A stretch of 16,436 bases of DNA from Candidatus Hydrothermales bacterium (GTDB lineage Bacteria > Hydrothermota > Hydrothermia > Hydrothermales > JAJRUZ01), in NCBI GenBank assembly GCA_039630575.1, contig JBCNUW010000029.1, forward strand, positions 1-16,436. The letters are read 5' to 3'. A program made the translations under genes and the position numbers. Numbering within the stretch: the first letter of the stretch is position 1; each line of letters starts with the position of its first letter. This document shows positions 1 to 7,589 of this stretch, piece by piece. Below the pieces are notes generated by a model. It saw only the letters and a list, made by a program, of their open reading frames with translations. It was not told where the DNA came from and searched no databases.

Positions 1-554
1 CTCATTGCAAGTCCATCTTCTTCTCTCACTGTTTCAACGGGTAAAATTTCTACATCCATGTTAAGATCCTCAACCATTTTTTTTATAACGATAAGTTGCT
101 GGGCATCCTTCCATCCAAAGGCAGCAATGTGAGGTTTAACTATGTTAAAAAGTTTTGTAACAACTGTTGTAACTCCCTTGAAGTGACCAGGTCTATATTT
201 CCCACATAGAGTCTCAGTTAATTTTTCTACTTCAACAAATGTTGAAAATTTTTTGCTATACATTTCTTCCACCTCTGGATAGAAAATTATATCGACTTTT
301 TCTTTTTCACATTTTGCTCTGTCTCCTTCAAAATCACGAGGATAGCTTAAATAATCCTCAGTAGGACCAAATTGAATTGGATTAACGAAGATTGAAACTA
401 TAAGTATATCACATTTACTTCTTGTTTCTCTCATCAATTTTAAGTGACCTTCATGGAGGGCTCCCATGGTTGGAACAAATCCAATTATTTTACTAGCTTT
501 CCTAAGCTCCTCTGCTTTTTTTTGCATAACTTTTACACTCTTTATTATTTCCAT
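1..554 (-). CDS. panC: Pantoate--beta-alanine ligase (pantothenate synthetase), partial; 3' end runs off the window
   Basis: Not in the ORF track. Manual translation from ATG at 554 gives [37 protein letters not shown]...[21 protein letters not shown]...RPGHF...VREEDGLAM, which are hallmark PanC motifs. Confidence 0.97.
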   Translation of the reverse strand, partial: MEIIKSVKVMQKKAEELRKASKIIGFVPTMGALHEGHLKLMRETRSKCDILIVSIFVNPIQFGPTEDYLSYPRDFEGDRAKCEKEKVDIIFYPEVEEMYSKKFSTFVEVEKLTETLCGKYRPGHFKGVTTVVTKLFNIVKPHIAAFGWKDAQQLIVIKKMVEDLNMDVEILPVETVREEDGLAM

Positions 555-556
555 AA

Positions 557-1054
557 TTAAAATAAAATCTTTAATGCTCTTTTATCAATAACTTTCTTAA
601 CACCTTTTTCATTTTTTATGAAACTGGTTATGTTTTTTTTAAAAAGAGGATGAATGTAATTTGGGTCTATCTCTTTTAAAGGTAAAAGAATAAAATTTCT
701 TTCATGTATTAATGGGTGTGGTATAGTTAAGTTTTCATTTTCCATTATTAATTTTTCATAAAATAAGATGTCAATGTCAAGTGTTCGTGCCTCATACTTT
801 TTCCTTCTCTCTCTACCGAATTTTTTCTCGACTTCTTGGTTTTTTTTAAGAAGTTCAAAGGGATCAAGCTCTGTAAGACCTTTCATTACCATGTTTAAAA
901 AATCACCTCCTTCAGCACCTCCCCATGGTTCTGTTTTATATATAGAAGAATAATCAATAATTTCTATGTATTTATTAATTTCATAAATGCAGAAGAGTAT
1001 ATTTTTTAGTCTTTCACCCTTATTTGAACCAAGAGAAATGAAAATTTCTTTCAT
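557..1054 (-). CDS. folK: 2-amino-4-hydroxy-6-hydroxymethyldihydropteridine pyrophosphokinase (HPPK)
   Basis: Motifs [38 protein letters not shown] and [11 protein letters not shown]. Confidence 0.97.
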   Translation of the reverse strand: MKEIFISLGSNKGERLKNILFCIYEINKYIEIIDYSSIYKTEPWGGAEGGDFLNMVMKGLTELDPFELLKKNQEVEKKFGRERRKKYEARTLDIDILFYEKLIMENENLTIPHPLIHERNFILLPLKEIDPNYIHPLFKKNITSFIKNEKGVKKVIDKRALKILF

Positions 1055-4000
1055 AAAAGTAACAGCATCTCAATGAATCCTTCTTTTTCCTTTTCATTTA
1101 AATCAACAGTTACTTTATTTAAAAATTTATTATAGAGAGATTTTGTGCTCTTTCTTATATCTTTTAGTAAATAGAGAATTTTTAATAGTACTCGATCATT
1201 TCCTGTCTCTCTTGTCTTTTGAAGTAGGGAGATTAAATGATTTTCCCTTTCTTTTTCTATAAGTAAAAAGGTTTTTGAAATTGAAAATTCAAGCTTTAAC
1301 CTTAAATCGGGTATACTTTCAACTTTTTTCTCAAGTTCATCCATTAAATTTTTAAATTCTTCATAATTATTGCTGAAATAAAAGAGTCTAGCTATTCTTA
1401 ACTTTACATGTTCCTCGTAAACTGGAATTCCCTCTATACACAAAATAGCTTTTTTAGCTAGATCTGTAAATTCATCTTCTCCCTTTAAAAATCTTATTAA
1501 TGCACAGTTGAAATAAATGAACGATAGAGCTATTTTAAAGTTGTTTTTTTCTGCAATACAAAGAGCTTCATCGTTTAGCTTTAAAGCCTCCTCTATTTTT
1601 TTTAAAGTTAAAAGCATAGTAGAATAGTTTACAAGTCCAATTGCTAAGTCATATGGATTTCCAGATTTTCTAATTCTCTCGAGAGACAAAAGATAGAATT
1701 TTTCAGCTTCTCTGAACATACATTTATATACCAAATTGTTAGCGATGTTTTGTTCTGTAACATATAATTCTCTAATCCTTTTAATTTCAAGAAATATACT
1801 TCTTGCCTTCATATAAAATTCAAGGGCCTTTTCTATATTACCTTTGTTCAGAAACAAGAAAGCAAAATTTTGGTAATTTGCTGCTATACCCAAGGGAAGT
1901 TTTAGACTTTCCCAAATTTTAAGAGATTTATTGTAAAAGTTTTCTGCCATTTCAAAGTCTCCCTTAAATACTATGTAGTCATTTCCAAGATTTGAATAAA
2001 TGTTAGCAAGCTCAAATTTATCGTTCATCTCTTCGGCCTTTTTAATTCCAATTTCATAAGCATAGAAGCTCAAATCTATTTTATTTAAACGACCAAAAAT
2101 AACTCCCAAAAAAGGTAAAATTTTTAATAAAATTTTGTCGCTTTTAAAATTCAGTTTAGTAAGAAGTTCCATAATAATTGAAATTGCTTTATCCGTGTTT
2201 CCTGTATAGTAGTAAGATAAAGACAAGTTGTAGAGAAGATCGTTTTTTATATCTCTTTCTTTGACTTTGTGAATAATACTCTCAATCTCCTTTATATTTT
2301 CTTCATGCATTTGTAGGTCTATCAACGCGTCAGATTTTAATGGTAATAGTTTTATTCTCATTTCCTCTGAACTTAGCCTTTTGAATTCTTCAAGTATTTC
2401 ATCTGGTTTTTTCATTATGTTTAAAAATCTAAGTTTATAATAAATTAATTCTTCTTCGGATGAGATTTCTTTATATTCTTTGAGAAATTTTTCTAACTCC
2501 TCTACATTATAGTTTTCAATGCTTTTATCCATGGCCTTTTCAAGATAGAATTTTGCTTTTTTATTGTTACCAGATGTTTTGTAAAACTTATAGATGAGGT
2601 GGGGAAAGTTATTCTCTAAGTCAATCTCCTCAAGGGTTTCAGCAATTAATCTAAAGTACTTTATTTTTTCTTCCTTCAAAGTTCTTTCCTCAACTATTTC
2701 TTTTATTTCAGGAATTTGTATTCTAAAGGTATTTTTTCTAATTTCAGATTCTTTCAAAAGCCCTTTTCTTATTGATTCATCGAGAGCAATTTCAAACATT
2801 AGTTTTTCTGATTTTTCGTATATTCTTTTTAATATATAGAGAGGAATTTCGTCACCTAAAAAGGAAGCAATTTCAACGAGCCTTTTTGCTGGTTCTGAAA
2901 GCGAATCTATCCAAGCTTGGAGGAGATTCAAGAAATTTGAGGGAAAGTCAAGTTCACTGATTTCTTTTAAAATTTCTAATTTTCCATTTTCTCTTATTAT
3001 AAATCCTTCTTCTTCAAGTGAATTTAAAAGAGTTTTTAAGAAAGAAAAATTTCCCCTTGTTCTTGAATAGAATATTTCTTTATTTTTGACTTTACTAGCA
3101 AAGATTTTATCGAGAAAGTTTGAAAATTCTAATTCTTCTAAGGGTTTTAATTCAATTTTAATGACTCTTTCATGCTGTGGAAAATTTATATCTTTTTTTC
3201 TTTCGGTAATTAAAAAAATTAAGGGTAAATCCTCAGTTTCAGATACAAGTTCATAAATTAATTTTCTTGAAAACTCCTCCCAAAATCCAAGTTTTTCAAT
3301 AACAATAACATTAAAATTCTCTGAAATTTTTAAAAGGATCCTTCTAAAAAGGTATATTAAAGATAATTTTACATCCTCAAACCCTTTTTCTTTTATAAGA
3401 TTTTTTATATAAAAAAGAGAATCCTTAACTATAGGAAAGTCTTTTTCAACATTTTTTAACAAAACTTCCCATTCTGATAGGAAATCTCTTGAAAAGGGGT
3501 TAGGAAAAAGAAAAATAGGCTTTATATTTTTTATTCTTATAAATTCCTTAATTAATCTTGTTTTTCCAACACCTGCTTCTCCTGTTATTAAAACAAAAAA
3601 TGGTCCCCTTTTTATATCATTAAAAATAAATTCAAGTAAGGAAAGTTCATCTTTTCTGTTAAAAAAAGTGAAATCTTCCTCTTCAACTTTTTTAGTTGAA
3701 ATTACCTCAAAGATCTTCACTTTTTCCTTTTTACCCTTTAATTCAAACAACCCCAAGGGTTTAAAAATGAATTTATCTTTAAGTTCTCTGTATACACTTT
3801 CTGAAACCCAAATTTTTCCAGGTTCACATATAGATTCTATTCTTTGGGCAATATTCACCGTATCTCCTATTGCAGTATAGTCTCCTTCTCTTCCTTTACC
3901 TATCTTACCAGCAAGAACAAAGCCTGAATTTATTCCTATTCTTGCTGTTATTCCTTTTCTTTTTAGAACTTCTTGCATTTCCAGTGCAGAATAAAGGGCT

Positions 4001-4320
4001 CTTTCTGTATCATCTCCATAAGACTTTGGGGCTCCAAAGAGAGCCATTATCGCATCTCCTATATACTTATCTACGTACCCGCCTCTTTTTTCAATAATAT
4101 CGGTAAGTTCTTTAAAAAGAGTATCAACTATACTGTGAACAGCTTCAGGATCTAAAGTTTCAGAAAGAGAGGTAAATCCCTTTATGTCGGTGAAAATTAC
4201 TGTTATCCATCTCTTTTCGACCTCTTTTTTTTCTTCTTTTAATTTTTTTCCACAAAATGGACAAAATAAAAAACCCTCCTCAATCTTTGTCCCACATTCT
4301 GAACAGATACTATAAGACAT
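1051..4320 (-). CDS. Zinc-ribbon + class III adenylate cyclase + STAND/AAA-like P-loop + TPR-repeat protein
   Basis: CxxC-x10-CxxC at the N-terminus. Cyclase motifs FTDIKGFT, DKYIGDAIMALFGAP, RIGINSG and YTAIGDTVNIAQR. Walker A GEAGVGKT. C-terminal TPR-like helices (ANIYSNLGNDY, AANYQNFAFLF, AIGLVNYSTML). Confidence 0.92.
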   Translation of the reverse strand: MSYSICSECGTKIEEGFLFCPFCGKKLKEEKKEVEKRWITVIFTDIKGFTSLSETLDPEAVHSIVDTLFKELTDIIEKRGGYVDKYIGDAIMALFGAPKSYGDDTERALYSALEMQEVLKRKGITARIGINSGFVLAGKIGKGREGDYTAIGDTVNIAQRIESICEPGKIWVSESVYRELKDKFIFKPLGLFELKGKKEKVKIFEVISTKKVEEEDFTFFNRKDELSLLEFIFNDIKRGPFFVLITGEAGVGKTRLIKEFIRIKNIKPIFLFPNPFSRDFLSEWEVLLKNVEKDFPIVKDSLFYIKNLIKEKGFEDVKLSLIYLFRRILLKISENFNVIVIEKLGFWEEFSRKLIYELVSETEDLPLIFLITERKKDINFPQHERVIKIELKPLEELEFSNFLDKIFASKVKNKEIFYSRTRGNFSFLKTLLNSLEEEGFIIRENGKLEILKEISELDFPSNFLNLLQAWIDSLSEPAKRLVEIASFLGDEIPLYILKRIYEKSEKLMFEIALDESIRKGLLKESEIRKNTFRIQIPEIKEIVEERTLKEEKIKYFRLIAETLEEIDLENNFPHLIYKFYKTSGNNKKAKFYLEKAMDKSIENYNVEELEKFLKEYKEISSEEELIYYKLRFLNIMKKPDEILEEFKRLSSEEMRIKLLPLKSDALIDLQMHEENIKEIESIIHKVKERDIKNDLLYNLSLSYYYTGNTDKAISIIMELLTKLNFKSDKILLKILPFLGVIFGRLNKIDLSFYAYEIGIKKAEEMNDKFELANIYSNLGNDYIVFKGDFEMAENFYNKSLKIWESLKLPLGIAANYQNFAFLFLNKGNIEKALEFYMKARSIFLEIKRIRELYVTEQNIANNLVYKCMFREAEKFYLLSLERIRKSGNPYDLAIGLVNYSTMLLTLKKIEEALKLNDEALCIAEKNNFKIALSFIYFNCALIRFLKGEDEFTDLAKKAILCIEGIPVYEEHVKLRIARLFYFSNNYEEFKNLMDELEKKVESIPDLRLKLEFSISKTFLLIEKERENHLISLLQKTRETGNDRVLLKILYLLKDIRKSTKSLYNKFLNKVTVDLNEKEKEGFIEMLLLL

Positions 4321-4326
4321 ATATAT

Positions 4327-4332
4327 ATTATA
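4327..4332 (-). promoter_or_regulatory. Putative -10 box (TATAAT) 6 nt upstream of the cyclase ATG; leaderless-type promoter
   Basis: Minus strand reads TATAAT-ATATAT-ATG with no SD sequence. The region is very AT-rich, so a chance match is possible. Confidence 0.55.
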
Positions 4333-4426
4333 TTATTCAAATCAAAACTAAATAAATTTTATTTTTAAAAATATATTTTTTAGCTTACTAGTTTTATTCC
4401 TAAATTAACTTAAAATCAAATAATTT

Positions 4427-5539
4427 TTACCAGTTATAACCAAAATCAAAGGGTGGAACTGTAAAGGGTCCGTTTGGGTAGGTTGGATACTCACTGTCCT
4501 GCACTGTGTCATAAAAAATTCTTGCTGTGTCTGTGCTTTGTCTATAATTAGGATTGATCTCAAACCTTAATTTGTAGTACCAACCGTTGTAATTCAATAA
4601 TTTTTTAATTTCTTTATTTTTAAGTTTTATTAGTTTTAAAACTTTTTTCATTTTTGGAATAATTTCATAAGTATTTTTTGGGAAAAAGTGAGTATAGAAG
4701 AAAGCTGTGGGTTCTGCACCGGGATTATAAACGAGATCAATTTCATCCCAACTGTTGTTTAAATAATCTTTGACATGATATAGTATCCATTGGAAAAAAG
4801 AGAAACCTGCGCGAACAAAGTTCGTTTTTCTCGCTCCAAAAACTTCAAAGAAGTTAAAATCTCTATTATGTGCTTCTCCCTTTTTATGAAGGGTATCAAC
4901 AAAGAACGAATAATTTACGGTATCTTGTCTTACATAAAAAGTCCAGAAGGCATTAAAGCAAATGTCTGAATTATCCCAGTTACTATCTAAACTATCTCTA
5001 TTAATATAGAAATTTATCTCACCATCTCCAAAGGTATCGCTGTTTGCAGTAACGTAATTAAATACAAGATCAAGAAATAGGTAATTGTCAAAGTTGATTT
5101 CATGTCCTGTATCTCGGTACTTACCGTTCACAAAGAGAGACTCTATTATTGAATTTTGAGAAAGAATAAGTATGAGTTTATAGGTTAAACCCATTGTATC
5201 CCAGGTAAAAACATACCTTTCTTCGGTTCCGAAAGTTTTTAACTGCTTAGTACTTGACAAGTTAGGTTCGAATAATAAATCAAACTTTAGGGAATCACCG
5301 ATGGTGGTAAGTATTGAAATTACACTGTTTGATACATTAGAAGCTAAAGAGACAATAGAATCTACATTATCAGGGGATTGGTCAGGGTTAATTGTAGTTA
5401 GGCCAGGTGTAAATTCGGGGTTTGGAACACTAGGGGTTGCAGAAGGTTTTGTAGGTTTAATTGGGGGTTTAGTTGTTTCTTTTTTGCAGCTAATTAAGAA
5501 TGCAACTATTATAAGTGTTACTAATGAAAACTTTTTCAT
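4427..5539 (-). CDS. Putative lipoprotein of unknown function
   Basis: Signal peptide MKKFSLVTLIIVAFLIS-C (basic N-terminus, hydrophobic core, lipobox-like LIS-C), then a Pro/Thr-rich linker and an aromatic, beta-strand-like body. No family recognised. Confidence 0.8.
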   Translation of the reverse strand: MKKFSLVTLIIVAFLISCKKETTKPPIKPTKPSATPSVPNPEFTPGLTTINPDQSPDNVDSIVSLASNVSNSVISILTTIGDSLKFDLLFEPNLSSTKQLKTFGTEERYVFTWDTMGLTYKLILILSQNSIIESLFVNGKYRDTGHEINFDNYLFLDLVFNYVTANSDTFGDGEINFYINRDSLDSNWDNSDICFNAFWTFYVRQDTVNYSFFVDTLHKKGEAHNRDFNFFEVFGARKTNFVRAGFSFFQWILYHVKDYLNNSWDEIDLVYNPGAEPTAFFYTHFFPKNTYEIIPKMKKVLKLIKLKNKEIKKLLNYNGWYYKLRFEINPNYRQSTDTARIFYDTVQDSEYPTYPNGPFTVPPFDFGYNW

Positions 5540-5584
5540 AATTTAAATTTAATATTTTTAAGGATTTGAACCCACCATGGTGTA

Positions 5585-5613
5585 ATTATAAAAGAAAGAA
5601 AAACTCTTGTCAA
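5585..5613 (-). promoter_or_regulatory. Consensus sigma70 promoter TTGACA-N17-TATAAT pointing toward the lipoprotein gene
   Basis: Plus-strand tgtcaa at 5608-5613 and attata at 5585-5590, exactly 17 nt apart. Confidence 0.85.
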
Positions 5614-5629
5614 GTGATAGAAATCACAA
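5612..5629. promoter_or_regulatory. Putative CRP/FNR-family or Rex operator
   Basis: AAGTGA-TAGAAA-TCACAA. It matches 9/10 of the TGTGA-N6-TCACA core and lies between divergent promoters, abutting the -35 of the minus-strand promoter. Confidence 0.5.
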
Positions 5630-5631
5630 TT

Positions 5632-5661
5632 TTGTTTTTTAAAGGTTTTTTCTTATATAAT
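5632..5661 (+). promoter_or_regulatory. Putative sigma70 promoter (TTGTTT-N18-TATAAT), 5 nt upstream of ATG 5667
   Basis: TATAAT at 5656-5661, then CAAAA-ATG; no SD sequence. Confidence 0.6.
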
Positions 5662-5666
5662 CAAAA

Positions 5667-6140
5667 ATGCCAATTTTTATTGTAAAATGTCCAGGATGTG
5701 AAACTAAGTATAAGGTAGACACTGACAAAGTAAAATCAGGATCAAAAATAAGGTGTCCTAAGTGTAAGACTGTATTTGTTTTTAAAATTCCTGGAAAATT
5801 TCTTGAGCAGAAAGATATTACTGTGAAGGAGGATATATATAAGAAAAAAGAAGAGGAAATAAAACTTGAAGTTCCACCCAATATTCCTCCAGAAGAGCGC
5901 AAAATTCATGAGAGAGCTTTAAGGCTTGCAAAAATTCTTGCGAGAGATATAATTAACTATTACAGGGAAAGATGGGAAAGGGCATTGAGAGACGGAAATT
6001 TGAAGGAGGAGTTTAAGAGGGAGATAATGGAGTCATGGAAATATTACTGTGAAAAGGTTCCAAAAGAAATAAGGGATAAAACAAATTATTTTCAAGATGC
6101 TTTTAATTTGATTGTGGGAAAGGGGAAAAAATTTTTGTGA
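5667..6140 (+). CDS. MJ0042-type zinc-finger protein with a C-terminal RomX-like helical domain
   Basis: CPGC-x18-CPKC...F is typical of MJ0042/zinc_ribbon_4-5 fingers. The C-terminal ALRLAKILARDIINYY...GNLKEEFKREIMESWKYYCEKV...TNYFQDAFNLIV resembles, from memory, Myxococcus RomX. The zinc-finger call is firm; the RomX call is less so. Confidence 0.75.
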   Translation: MPIFIVKCPGCETKYKVDTDKVKSGSKIRCPKCKTVFVFKIPGKFLEQKDITVKEDIYKKKEEEIKLEVPPNIPPEERKIHERALRLAKILARDIINYYRERWERALRDGNLKEEFKREIMESWKYYCEKVPKEIRDKTNYFQDAFNLIVGKGKKFL

Positions 6141-6215
6141 AATTTATGGTTGAAAAGTTTTAAAATTTTTTTATAAAATTAAAACATTCATCAAAAAGGT
6201 TCCATCCCTTTAATC

Positions 6216-6221
6216 TATAAT
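6216..6221 (+). promoter_or_regulatory. Putative -10 box (TATAAT) 7 nt upstream of the nuoA ATG
   Basis: TATAAT-TTTACTG-ATG with no SD. A second candidate promoter, TTGAAA(6150-6155)-N18-TAAAAT(6174-6179), lies further upstream. Confidence 0.5.
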
Positions 6222-6228
6222 TTTACTG

Positions 6229-6582
6229 ATGAGAACCTATTTAGGGATTTTAACCGTTTTTTTGATTTCTTTGTTTTTAGCTTTTTTGATGTTAATTTTG
6301 CCGAAATTCTTTGCGCCAAGGAATGAAGAATCTGAGAAGTATATTCCCTACGAATCTGGTGAGATCCCGGTCGGTGAGGCTTGGTCAAGATATCCGGTGA
6401 GGTACTATTTAGTAGTTCTTACTTTTTTAATATTTGAGATAGAGGTTTTATTTATACTACCTTGGGCAATAAAAGTAAAGGAGTTAAATTTTTTAGGTTT
6501 TTTTGAAATTTTTATATTTGTTTTGGTTTTAACTTTAGGTTGGTTTTGGGCTATAAAAAAGAAAGCTCTTAAATGGGATTAA
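6229..6582 (+). CDS. nuoA: NADH-quinone oxidoreductase-like subunit A
   Basis: Three TM segments; KYIPYESG, RYYLV, FLIFEIEVLFILPWA and C-terminal KKALKWD. Confidence 0.95.
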   Translation: MRTYLGILTVFLISLFLAFLMLILPKFFAPRNEESEKYIPYESGEIPVGEAWSRYPVRYYLVVLTFLIFEIEVLFILPWAIKVKELNFLGFFEIFIFVLVLTLGWFWAIKKKALKWD

Positions 6583-6597
6583 AGGGAGATTGTAATT

Positions 6598-7134
6598 ATG
6601 GAAGAAATTCTTAAATTCAAACCTGAAGAGGTTTATTATTCACGTGTTTTAGATAAGATAATGAACTATATAGAAAGGTTTCCAGGTGGGAGTGTTATAC
6701 TTACGAGTACAAAGAAAATTTTTGCCTGGTCGAGGAAATCGAGTTTATGGCCTATTACATTTGGGCTTGCCTGTTGTGCTATTGAGATGATGGCAACTTA
6801 TGCATCAAGATTTGATTTGGAAAGATTTGGTGTAATAACAAGGGCTTCACCAAGGCAGTCTGATGTTATGATAGTTTCAGGAACTGTAACTGCAAAAATG
6901 GCAGAAAGAATAAAAAGACTTTACTCTCAGATGCCTGAACCAAAATGGGTAATAGCAATGGGATCCTGTGCAATTTCTGGTGATTTTTACAGAAATGTTT
7001 ACTCAGTAGTTCCAGGTGTTGATAGAGTTATACCAGTTGATGTTTATGTTCCAGGTTGTCCTCCTACACCTGAGGGATTGATTGAGGGTGTTAAAAAATT
7101 GCAAAAGTTAATTGAGGAGGTTACAACAAAATGA
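6598..7134 (+). CDS. nuoB: NADH-quinone oxidoreductase-like subunit B (N2 cluster)
   Basis: [40 protein letters not shown] and [17 protein letters not shown] upstream. Confidence 0.97.
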   Translation: MEEILKFKPEEVYYSRVLDKIMNYIERFPGGSVILTSTKKIFAWSRKSSLWPITFGLACCAIEMMATYASRFDLERFGVITRASPRQSDVMIVSGTVTAKMAERIKRLYSQMPEPKWVIAMGSCAISGDFYRNVYSVVPGVDRVIPVDVYVPGCPPTPEGLIEGVKKLQKLIEEVTTK

Positions 7135-7589
7135 AAAAAGAAATATTAAAAAAGGAATTTAAACTTGATGAGACCAAAGATGGAATTTTAATATTTCCAT
7201 TAAAGGAATTTTATCACTTTATGGAGAGGGTAAAAGGCTTTTTCCCTTACCTTTCCTTTATCACAGCTTGTCATTTTTTAGAAAGGAAAGAATTTGAGAT
7301 CATATATTGTGTTAGGGATCCCTTTGATAGTGAAACTTTGATTTTTAAAACTGTTTTAAAGGAAGATGAGGAAGTTCCTTCAGCTTACAAATTTTATAAA
7401 GGAGCTGAGTGGATGGAAAGAGAAATATACGATCTTTTTGGTGTTAAGTTTAAAAATCATCCTGATTTAAGAAGAATACTGCTTCCTGAGGATTGGGAGG
7501 GTCATCCTTTAAGAAAGGATTATGAAATTAACAGAGCCCCAGAGAAGTATGATTATAGAAGAAAACCTGTTTTAAGAAGGAGGTTCTAA
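7131..7589 (+). CDS. nuoC: NADH-quinone oxidoreductase-like subunit C
   Basis: [49 protein letters not shown] upstream. Confidence 0.96.
   Translation: MKKEILKKEFKLDETKDGILIFPLKEFYHFMERVKGFFPYLSFITACHFLERKEFEIIYCVRDPFDSETLIFKTVLKEDEEVPSAYKFYKGAEWMEREIYDLFGVKFKNHPDLRRILLPEDWEGHPLRKDYEINRAPEKYDYRRKPVLRRRF

Noticed and set aside
3780..4230. Pycsar/CBASS-type defence cyclase
   Set aside because: The specificity residues are adenine-type (K, T), there is no adjacent cyclic-nucleotide-binding effector, and the neighbours are housekeeping genes.
4321..4426. AT-rich inverted repeats between the lipoprotein and cyclase genes as a terminator or origin
   Set aside because: They are almost pure A/T, so pairing is expected by chance. 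There is no GC stem and no DnaA-box cluster.
768..5546. Short plus-strand ORFs (768, 2594, 2772, 3668, 3870, 3973, 5301)
   Set aside because: They are antisense shadows of well-supported genes, with Ser/Phe/Leu-rich composition and no motifs.
6135..6152. Rex/CRP site upstream of nuoA (TTGTGAAATTTATGGTTG)
   Set aside because: Only the left half matches, and it coincides with the stop codon of the upstream gene.
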